A DNA stretch of 35,302 nt from Pseudomonadota bacterium (GTDB lineage Bacteria > Myxococcota > JACRCW01 > JAFGSX01), in the NCBI GenBank assembly GCA_043821645.1, contig JBDRCO010000090.1, positions 1-35,302 of the forward strand, in the 5' to 3' direction. Position 1 is the stretch's first letter; each line of letters opens with the position of its first letter. This document shows, in pieces, positions 27,658-35,302 of this stretch. Under the pieces are notes generated by a model. That model made no database searches and was not told the origin of the DNA. It saw only the letters and a program-made list of their open reading frames with translations. A program made the translations under genes and the position numbers.

Positions 27658-27714
27658 TACTCCCTAGATGAGCGGGCACGACAGCCGCGGGCGCCCGCTT
27701 GCCTGAGGTGTGTC

Positions 27715-30700
27715 ATGCGTTTGTCCAGATTGGGATGCATTCTTCTCCTGGGAGGGATCCTCGTCGCCGGCGCCTGTGACTGCGGAGGCGTGACCGCCAC
27801 CGGCGTGGACGCCTCCACGGTTTCGCGCTTCGACGCCGCGCGCAGCGACGCCCTGGCGGTGGACGGGCAGGTTCCGGAGGGTGGAAGCACGGACCGCCGC
27901 GTGGACACGCCGGATCCCAACCGCTCGGACAACGCCACGCGCGACTCGGACTGCGACGGTCTGAGCGACGCCGAGGAGTTCGGCAACATCTACGCCGGTG
28001 GCGCCCAGACGGACCCCGCCAACCCCGACAGTGACGGTGACGGCCTCGACGATGGTACCGAGCTTGGCCGGCAGAGCTCCGTGGACAGCCGCTGCACAGG
28101 CTTTGGCGGAGACAGCGATCCGGGGTCGATGACGGACCCAACCCGGGCCGACAGCGACGGCGACGGGCTCGCGGATGGCGTCGAGGACGTGAACCACGAC
28201 GGCGCCTACCAGGCCGGCCAGGAGCTGGACCCGCGCGACCCCGATACCGATGACGACGGCCTGTGCGACGGCCCGAACAGCGTGCTACCGCTGTGTACCG
28301 GCGGCGACCCCGATCCCTATCTCGCGGACAACGACACGGATCGCGACGGCGTGCCCGATAGCGTGGACACGGCCCCGAACAATCCGGACCGCGACGGGGA
28401 TGGACTGTGCGATGGACCGCGCACCGTGGCCGGGGTATGCGAGGGCGGCGAGGACCTCAACGGCAACGGTGTCATCAACGCCGGGGAGAGCGACCCCGAC
28501 GCCGTGGACACGGACTGCGATGGTCTCACCGATCTTGAGGAGAGGCAGGCGGGCCTGAACCCGCGCAAGCGGGATACCGACGGCGATCTGATCCCGGACG
28601 GTATCGAGCGCGGCGTGACCCAGAATCCGGATCCGACCCGCTGCACCAGCTTCGTGGCGGATGCGGATCCCACTACGACCACCAGCGCCAGCAACGTGGA
28701 CAGCGACGGCGACGGCATCAACGATGGCATCGAGGATGCCAATCGCAACGGCCTCGTCGACGCTGGGGAGACCGATCCCAACGACCCGGACAGCGACGGC
28801 GACGGCGCCTGTGACGGACCGCCGCGGGCCGTGCCTGGGGTGTGCACCGGTGGTGAGGATCTCAACGCCAATGGCCGCGTGGATCCCGGCGAGAGCGACC
28901 CTCGAGTCGCGGGCAGCGCCGCCGCGGACGCCGACTCGGACGGAATCCCTGACGACGTCGAGAACAACGTGGCCTGCCTGGATAGCCACAATGCCGATAG
29001 TGACGGCGACGGCGTCAGTGATGGAACCGAGGACGTGAACCACAACGGTCGGCGGGATCCCGGCGAGACCGACGCCTGCGCCATCGACAGCGACTGCGAT
29101 GGCCTGGTCGACGGGCAGAGCTATGGCACGTATCTCGGCGAGGCGACGTTGGGGACCAGCCCGACCAATGCGGACAGCGATGCGGACGGCCTCACCGACG
29201 GGCTCGAGGCGGGTGTGGCGGGCAACGCCGTGCCCACCGGCACGGACGCGAGCTGCGGTTTCGTGGCCGATGCCGATCCCGCGACGACCTCCTCGCCCAC
29301 CACTGCTGACAGCGACGGCGACGGCGTGCCCGATGGCGCCGAGGACATGAACCAGAACGGCCGCGTGGACACCGGGGAGCTCGATCCCAACACGCAGGAT
29401 GCCACCGGTCCGGTGCTGGCCGCCTGCTCCCAGAGCAGCCTGGTCCCGCTCGAATTTGGCAGTGCCGTCGAGCCGGACCTGCTGTTCGCGACCGCCAACT
29501 ACGGCGGCGGTGACCAGTTCAGCGAGCGCAGCACGGTGCTGGTCAACAACGCGCCCGCGGGCCTGATGTTCTACAACCCCACACACCAGGTCGCCGCCTT
29601 CACGCTCACCCTGGTGCCGGGGAACAACGACGCCACGGCCTCCGCCGCGGAACAGGCCAGACGGGCCACCCTGGGCAACCTGAGCGCGCCCTTCACGCGC
29701 ACCTTCACCACCTGGGACGGCTTCGCGCAGTCGGTGCTCGCCTCCTACGACGATGGCGCGAGTGGCAGCGTCAAGCAGCGCATGAACGACATCGTCACCC
29801 GCTTGCTCAACGCCACGCCCACGGGCTTGCTGGGCCCCGGCGGTGACGCGGGTCCGTTCAAGCTCTTCCTCGAGTACGTGCGACGAACCGATCAGCGCCT
29901 GGTCATCACCGGCGCCCTGATCCCGGCGGCGCGCTACACCGGCCAGTCCATCTTCCGTGCCGAGGATCTCGGCAATGGCTCGGCCCTGGCCCAGTTCGGC
30001 GACGGCGTGGGGACGCAGTGCGACGTGTTCGACGTGCAGCAGAGCGCGGTGGTCGATTTCCTGTGGGTCATCGACAACTCGGGCTCCATGGAGGAGGAAC
30101 AGCAGGTGGTGGCCAACACCGCCACCGAGATGACCACCCAGCTCGGCGGCTCGACCCTGAACTGGCGCCTGGGCGTCATCACCACCGACCTCGAGATCTA
30201 CCCCGTGGCCAACTGGACGCCCTACGTGTGGCAGTCGGGCACCAGCTACCCGCACAATGGCTGCAGTTACCCGACGGGCTACTGGGAGCCCAACGGTCAG
30301 CCTGTGTACTGCCGCTTCAGTACGGACCCGGCCGCCTTCTCGAGCTGTGTGACCTCGCTGTACGTCTGCGGCATGGGCTACGAGACAGCCTTTGGACCTT
30401 TCGCGTGCGTCATGGGAGGACAGGTGGCGGGTCAGTACTGGTGTGCGGACGACCAGAACCTGGGCCTGCAACCTCCCACGGCCTACAAAATGCTGCCCAA
30501 GGCTGCCAACGATCCCACCAAGCTGCGCACCAATGCCCAGCTCGCCGTGGTCATCATGTCTGACGAACCCGAGCGCTCGGAGACCATTGGCTACCCGTCA
30601 ACCACCGTGCAGCAGTGGGTCAACTACTTCAGCAACTACGACGGCCAGGGGAGCAGTGCCTTCGTCGCCGGCATCCTGTGCCCACCGGGTCAGAACTGCG

Positions 30701-31731
30701 CCTGCGCAGGCAGCGGCCTGTGCGAGACCTCGGACAACCGCTATCGCAGCTTCGTGCAGGCCATGAATGGCGTCGAGGGCGACATCTCGGACTTCAACAC
30801 CATTCCTGGCACCATCACCAACATCATCAATGCGGTGGCGGGTTCGGCCAGCCCCTACGCCCTGAGCAAGCCTCCCATCTCGTCGACGATCCGCGTCGCC
30901 ACCAGCGCAGCGACGGCCGGCACCTGTGACCAGAACAACATCCCGCGTAGCCGCCAGCATGGCTGGGACTACGACGGTGCCACCGGCAACATCGTGTTCT
31001 TCGGCAATTGCCGTCCTCAGCCCGCGAGCGGCGCCAGCATCGCGGTCAGCTACCGCTATTGGGTCGACCGCACCCCGGACCCGGGTGGCCAGACCCAGAG
31101 CTGCAACTGCACGCCGCCCGAGGTCTGCGATCCCACGACGCTGCAGTGCTACTGCCCGCCCGATTGCGGGGTGCCCAACATTCCGCCGGAGCAAGTCTGC
31201 GACACCGCGACATGCCAGCTCGCCTGTCGCCCCGACTGTGGCGCGGGCTGTTTGGGCAACTCCGTGTGCAATCCCGCACCAGGAACCTGCGCGTGCGAGT
31301 GCCCGTCCGATTGCGGGGGACCCTCCCCCGGCGGAAACTTCGTGTGCGACCGCTCGCCATCGAGCCCAAGCTACTGCGACTATGTGTGCTCGCAGTGCCC
31401 GGGCACGCCACCCAACCCGGCCATGGCCTGCAACACCACCTCCTGCGAGTGGCAATGCCCGGCCTGCGGCAATTGCCCGGGGTTGGCGACCTGCAACTCC
31501 ACGACCTGCGCCTGCGAATGTAGCCAGAGCATGACCTGCTCGACGGGTTACCGCTGGGACACCACGGCCTGCTCTTGCGTCTGCGACGTCAGCGGCCTGG
31601 GTTGCGGCGAGCGCTACTACGCGGATCCCACGTTCTGCGCCTGCCTGTGTCTGCCCAACTGCGGCGACACCTGCCCGGGCAACATGTACTGCAACACCAG
31701 TCTGTGTCAGTGCCTGCCGACGGGCGGTTGA
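27715..31731 (+). CDS. cglD: CglD-like gliding-motility adhesin lipoprotein (TSP3-like Ca-binding repeats, vWA domain, Cys-rich tail)
   Basis: LVAGACDC lipobox and DSDCDGLSDAEEF N-terminal motif. Many DSDGDG..DG.ED.N.NG..D.GETDP repeats, MIDAS-type DFLWVIDNSGSM, VSYRYW, then an EGF-like Cys tail. Architecture recalled for myxobacterial CglD. Confidence 0.8.
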   Translation: MRLSRLGCILLLGGILVAGACDCGGVTATGVDASTVSRFDAARSDALAVDGQVPEGGSTDRRVDTPDPNRSDNATRDSDCDGLSDAEEFGNIYAGGAQTDPANPDSDGDGLDDGTELGRQSSVDSRCTGFGGDSDPGSMTDPTRADSDGDGLADGVEDVNHDGAYQAGQELDPRDPDTDDDGLCDGPNSVLPLCTGGDPDPYLADNDTDRDGVPDSVDTAPNNPDRDGDGLCDGPRTVAGVCEGGEDLNGNGVINAGESDPDAVDTDCDGLTDLEERQAGLNPRKRDTDGDLIPDGIERGVTQNPDPTRCTSFVADADPTTTTSASNVDSDGDGINDGIEDANRNGLVDAGETDPNDPDSDGDGACDGPPRAVPGVCTGGEDLNANGRVDPGESDPRVAGSAAADADSDGIPDDVENNVACLDSHNADSDGDGVSDGTEDVNHNGRRDPGETDACAIDSDCDGLVDGQSYGTYLGEATLGTSPTNADSDADGLTDGLEAGVAGNAVPTGTDASCGFVADADPATTSSPTTADSDGDGVPDGAEDMNQNGRVDTGELDPNTQDATGPVLAACSQSSLVPLEFGSAVEPDLLFATANYGGGDQFSERSTVLVNNAPAGLMFYNPTHQVAAFTLTLVPGNNDATASAAEQARRATLGNLSAPFTRTFTTWDGFAQSVLASYDDGASGSVKQRMNDIVTRLLNATPTGLLGPGGDAGPFKLFLEYVRRTDQRLVITGALIPAARYTGQSIFRAEDLGNGSALAQFGDGVGTQCDVFDVQQSAVVDFLWVIDNSGSMEEEQQVVANTATEMTTQLGGSTLNWRLGVITTDLEIYPVANWTPYVWQSGTSYPHNGCSYPTGYWEPNGQPVYCRFSTDPAAFSSCVTSLYVCGMGYETAFGPFACVMGGQVAGQYWCADDQNLGLQPPTAYKMLPKAANDPTKLRTNAQLAVVIMSDEPERSETIGYPSTTVQQWVNYFSNYDGQGSSAFVAGILCPPGQNCACAGSGLCETSDNRYRSFVQAMNGVEGDISDFNTIPGTITNIINAVAGSASPYALSKPPISSTIRVATSAATAGTCDQNNIPRSRQHGWDYDGATGNIVFFGNCRPQPASGASIAVSYRYWVDRTPDPGGQTQSCNCTPPEVCDPTTLQCYCPPDCGVPNIPPEQVCDTATCQLACRPDCGAGCLGNSVCNPAPGTCACECPSDCGGPSPGGNFVCDRSPSSPSYCDYVCSQCPGTPPNPAMACNTTSCEWQCPACGNCPGLATCNSTTCACECSQSMTCSTGYRWDTTACSCVCDVSGLGCGERYYADPTFCACLCLPNCGDTCPGNMYCNTSLCQCLPTGG

Positions 31732-31859
31732 GCCCGGCGTCGCGGGGCCTCGGCAGCGCCATACGCGTCATGTTTTGGGAGCATTTCCTGGTTGGCAGAA
31801 AAACCTAGGACGATGGTCGGTTTTATCGTCCTCACCATCCGCGCATCGTCGCCACCACC

Positions 31860-31868
31860 TGGTATGAT
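31860..31868 (+). promoter_or_regulatory. Extended -10 promoter element
   Basis: TGgTATGAT about 40 nt upstream of GTG 31910, followed by a purine-rich SD. Confidence 0.45.
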
Positions 31869-31909
31869 GCGGCCTTCGATTCCTGCTCAGCGAGGAAAGG
31901 GGACGTCCA

Positions 31910-34900
31910 GTGCGGCCGCAAGCCACGGCCTTTACCCGCCCCGACGTCACGCACGCGTATCACAACACGCGACTGTTCTTGCTCCTGGATGCGGAGCTGG
32001 CGACGACGCAGGCGGTGTGGATTGCAGCGCCCGCCGGGAGTGGCAAGACCACGCTGCTGAGCACTTACTTGCAGGCGCGTGGGGTCCCTCACCTGTGGTA
32101 CGGCGTGGACGCCAGCGATCGCGATCTCACCGCTCTGTTCGGCAATCTGGCCGAGGCCATGAGGAAGCGCCTGGGGGGACGGCGCAAGGCCTTGCCTCAC
32201 CTCGGCGCCGAGTACGCCGAGGACCAGGGGGCCTTCGCCCGGCACTTCTTCACCGCCCTGTTCGGGCCGCTCCCCACACCCACGATCTTGGTTTTGGACG
32301 ATGTGCACCTGATCAGCGACGAGCCCGGTGTCCCCGCGGTGCTTGCGGCCCTGGTCGACGTGTTGCCGTCCGGGGTGCGGGCGGTATTCCTGAGCCGGCA
32401 GCCTGCGCCGCAGATCCTGGCACACGCCATCAGCCGGCAGCTCCTGCGAACCTGTGGCTGGGGCGAGCTGCGGCTGCGCAGCGACGAGGCAGACGCTCTG
32501 CTGGAGTGCGTGGCCTCTCGCCCGCTGTCCGAGGCCACGCGACGGCACCTGACCCGGCTGGCCGACGGCTGGGCCGCGGGTCTGGTCCTGCTCTCCGCTC
32601 ATCCCGACGTTTTGCCGGACAGCGCCACAGGTTCGGTCGACAGCGCGCCGCAGGTCGTGTTCGATTTCTTCGCCACCGAACTGCTTGCCCAGCTTGACGA
32701 CGAGACCCAGGCACTTCTGGTCGCCACATCCATGTTTCCCAGGATGACCGCGGGTCTGGCGCAGAGCCTGAGCGGGCAACACGGCGCGGGGCGCATTCTC
32801 GAGCGGCTGGCGAGGGACCAGCTCTTCGTGGCGAAGCACCCGGGCCGGCCAGCGCAGTACAGGCTGCATCCTCTGCTGAGACACATGATGCGCCAGCGCC
32901 TCGTGGATTCTCTGTCCCTGGCAGCCCTCGTCGAGCAGTGCCGGCGCAGTGCGCTGCTGCTCGAGGAGCTGGGCGATCTCCACGCCGCAGGAGAGCTGCT
33001 CATCGAATCCGGGGACGGGCAAAGCCTGCAGAGCTTCATCCTGCGCCATGCCGCGGAACAGGCGCGCCAGGGCCGGCTCGACACCCTCGCAGGTTGGATC
33101 GCGGGCGTGTCGGAGCCGGGGCAAGCACAGGAGCCGTGGCTGGCCTATTGGCAGGGTGTGTGTCGTCTCGCCTCGGATACCGTCGCGGCACGGGAGCATT
33201 TCCAGCGGGCGCACGAGCTCTTCGTGGCGGCCGACGCGCGCACCGGTGCTTACCTGTCGTGGGCTCGCATCGTCGAGTCCATCATCCTCGAGAACGGCGG
33301 CTACGCGGAGCTCGACCACTGGATCGAGGAGCTGGACAGGCTTCGAGCCAGGCTCGGAACCTCGCTCTCTCTCGAGGTGTTCGTCCGGGTCAACGTCAGC
33401 CTCTTCAATGCACTGGTGTTCCGGCGCTCGGACTCGCCACGGTTGCGCGAGGTGGAGCGAGCGTTGCGCCGCCTGCTGCTGGTTGCGCCCGAGGTCAACG
33501 TGCGCTTCATGCTCGGCGCGCACCTGGTGCGCTACTACAACTTCGTGGGAGACATCGCGGGCGCGACCTCGGTGCTCGGGAGGCTGCGCGCGCAGAGCAC
33601 GTCGTCGTCCCTGGCACCCTTGACGCGCATGCTGTGGGTGGCCATGACCTCGTCCTGCGGCTGGCTGACCGAGTCCGCCGAAGCCGGGATAGCTGCCGCT
33701 GACGACGGGCTCGAACTCGCGCAGTCCCTGGGTATTCATCTCTTTGATTTCTACTTCCTGGTGCAAGGCAGCTACAGCGCCTTTGCCCTCGGCAGGCTGG
33801 ACCTCGCCGCCTCGTACATCGAGCGCATGCAGGGCACCTTCAAGCCCGAGCGACGGGTGGACGTGGGCCAGTGCGTCTTTCTGCAGGGCTGGCTGCAGCT
33901 GGCGCGCGGTGAGTTCGAGCGCGGTCTCGCAAGCATGCAGGAGGCGGTGCAAGTCGCCGAGGACACGCGATCCCCCTACGTCATCCTTCGCGCCAGCCAC
34001 GGACTCGCGCAGGCGCTGTGGCGTGTGGGGCGGGTCGACGAAGCCCTGGAGTGCCTGGATGCGTGTGCTGCGATCGCGGGTCCGCACGGCTTCACCCCCG
34101 TGAGCTATCTCGTCGATCTGTGCCGGGCCGAGGTGCTGCTGTCGACGGGAGATCGGGACCGCGCCAGGATCATGCTCGCCAGCGCGCTCGCCCTTGGAAG
34201 GCGCCGCAGTCTGCAGCACGTGCCGCACTGGACTCCCCGGCAAATGGCCAGGCTATGTGCCGAGGCTCTCGATGCCGGGATAGAGCCGGGCTACGTGCGC
34301 ACGCTGATCCAGGCCTTTCACCTGGATCCTCCTGTGCGATCCGGGGTGGATGCCTCGAACTGGCCGTGGCCGGTCCGTATCCATGCGCTCGGGCGATTCA
34401 AGGTCCTGGTCGACGGCGAGCCCCTGCGCTTCGAGCGAAAAGGCCAGGCGCGACCCATCGAGCTGCTCAAGGTTCTGACCACACACGGAGGCCAGGACGT
34501 GGCCGTGCAGCGCGTGGCCGAAGCCCTGTGGCCCGACGCCGACGCAGATGCCGGTCGCGACGCACTCAAGACCACGCTGGCTCGCCTGCGCAAGCTGATA
34601 GGCAGCGACGCTGTGGTGCAGGTCGAGGGCCAGCTCTCACTGGACCGGAAACGGGTATGGAGCGACGTCCAGGTCGTGGACGAGGCCCTGCTTCTCATTC
34701 TTGATGGCCCCAAGGGTCGTGCGGGTGCTGGTCAGGACCTGGCTCTGTACTGCGGGCCATTGCTTGACGAGGACGATGCCCCCTGGGTCATCGCGCCGCG
34801 CGAGCGCCTGCGCGACAGGTACGCCCGGGCCGTGGACAAGCTGGCGCGGGCCTGGCTTGCCCAAGGTCGCGCCGAGGAGGCTCTGGCGCTGCTGTGGCGA

Positions 34901-35080
34901 AGCATCGACGCCAAGCCGCTGGTCGAACACCTGTATGCGGGGCTGATGGCGTGCTTGATCGAACTGCAGCGGTCCGCGGAAGCCCGGGACGTGTTCGAGC
35001 GCTACCGGCGCACTGTCCTCAGAGAAGCAGGAAGAGCTCCCTCGCGCGAATTACAGGAGCTGGTTTCCCGTCTCGCGTGA
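31910..35080 (+). CDS. MalT-like STAND NTPase/TPR transcriptional regulator with C-terminal OmpR-type wHTH and BTAD domains
   Basis: APAGSGKTT, LVLDDVH, GWAAGL, YRLHPL, then a helical repeat region, WPWPVRIHALGRF, ALWPD, TTLARLRKL, SDV, LYCG.LL. Confidence 0.9.
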   Translation: MRPQATAFTRPDVTHAYHNTRLFLLLDAELATTQAVWIAAPAGSGKTTLLSTYLQARGVPHLWYGVDASDRDLTALFGNLAEAMRKRLGGRRKALPHLGAEYAEDQGAFARHFFTALFGPLPTPTILVLDDVHLISDEPGVPAVLAALVDVLPSGVRAVFLSRQPAPQILAHAISRQLLRTCGWGELRLRSDEADALLECVASRPLSEATRRHLTRLADGWAAGLVLLSAHPDVLPDSATGSVDSAPQVVFDFFATELLAQLDDETQALLVATSMFPRMTAGLAQSLSGQHGAGRILERLARDQLFVAKHPGRPAQYRLHPLLRHMMRQRLVDSLSLAALVEQCRRSALLLEELGDLHAAGELLIESGDGQSLQSFILRHAAEQARQGRLDTLAGWIAGVSEPGQAQEPWLAYWQGVCRLASDTVAAREHFQRAHELFVAADARTGAYLSWARIVESIILENGGYAELDHWIEELDRLRARLGTSLSLEVFVRVNVSLFNALVFRRSDSPRLREVERALRRLLLVAPEVNVRFMLGAHLVRYYNFVGDIAGATSVLGRLRAQSTSSSLAPLTRMLWVAMTSSCGWLTESAEAGIAAADDGLELAQSLGIHLFDFYFLVQGSYSAFALGRLDLAASYIERMQGTFKPERRVDVGQCVFLQGWLQLARGEFERGLASMQEAVQVAEDTRSPYVILRASHGLAQALWRVGRVDEALECLDACAAIAGPHGFTPVSYLVDLCRAEVLLSTGDRDRARIMLASALALGRRRSLQHVPHWTPRQMARLCAEALDAGIEPGYVRTLIQAFHLDPPVRSGVDASNWPWPVRIHALGRFKVLVDGEPLRFERKGQARPIELLKVLTTHGGQDVAVQRVAEALWPDADADAGRDALKTTLARLRKLIGSDAVVQVEGQLSLDRKRVWSDVQVVDEALLLILDGPKGRAGAGQDLALYCGPLLDEDDAPWVIAPRERLRDRYARAVDKLARAWLAQGRAEEALALLWRSIDAKPLVEHLYAGLMACLIELQRSAEARDVFERYRRTVLREAGRAPSRELQELVSRLA

Positions 35081-35136
35081 TCTAAAAAAGCAATCAATAC
35101 ATAATGTTGACTTCATTCCATACAAGTTGAAGGCCA

Positions 35137-35156
35137 CTGTCTCCTATCTGTTACCT
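35137..35156 (+). promoter_or_regulatory. Direct repeat pair with 11-bp period (candidate wHTH/SARP-type site)
   Basis: CTGTCTCCT (35137) and CTGTTACCT (35148) in an AT-rich intergenic region. Confidence 0.4.
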
Positions 35157-35209
35157 GCTCGCACCTACTGTGTATGCCTCACGCAAGTTGCTGGACCGGG
35201 GCTGCCCTA

Positions 35210-35224
35210 GGGGGGGGGGGGGGG
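35210..35224 (+). repeat. G15 homopolymer tract
   Basis: 15 consecutive G immediately upstream of a GGAGGT SD. Confidence 0.9.
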
Positions 35225-35242
35225 CGCGGTGGAGGTGGCTCA

Positions 35243-35302
35243 ATGGCGCGCACTCGCGGGGTCCTTTTCAATGGCATCGCGACCTGCTCCCAGATAGCTG
35301 GG
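35243..35302 (+). CDS. Start of a gene truncated by the window end
   Basis: GGAGGT at 35231-35236 and ATG 35243. Open to the end of the window (MARTRGVLFNGIATCSQIAG). Confidence 0.5.
   Translation, partial: MARTRGVLFNGIATCSQIAG

Noticed and set aside
27930..29400. Repetitive DNA as a CRISPR array or tandem repeat element
   Set aside because: The repeats are in-frame, degenerate and protein-coding, with no constant repeat-spacer periodicity and no cas genes.

Overview
GC-rich bacterial chromosomal window, most likely from a Myxococcota (myxobacteria-like) genome, judged from Cys-rich secreted proteins, ACxC lipoboxes and a CglD-like adhesin. (1) 1-13056, + strand: a cell-surface cluster with a STIG1-like Cys-rich protein, a lipoprotein metallophosphoesterase, a discoidin-like membrane protein coupled to a GT22 (PIG-B/Alg9-like) glycosyltransferase, a PKD/Ig-repeat lipoprotein behind a sigma54-like promoter, a secreted protein followed by a frameshifted partial duplicate with a GRAM-like C-terminus, and a YfhO-like membrane protein. 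(2) 13017-27270: neutral ceramidase, SF2 helicase with a C-terminal membrane hairpin, a hypothetical protein, an FAD oxidoreductase, a DtxR/MntR-feoA-feoB operon with a visible promoter and operator, ahcY coupled to a YkgJ-family gene, a MIF-family tautomerase, sfsA and a small Cys-rich protein. (3) 27605-35302: a cglD-like adhesin with tandem upstream palindromes and a STAND-NTPase/BTAD regulator, followed by 11-bp-spaced direct repeats and a G15 tract before a truncated gene. No rRNA, tRNA, CRISPR or mobile element was seen. All family calls come from motif recognition, not database searches.
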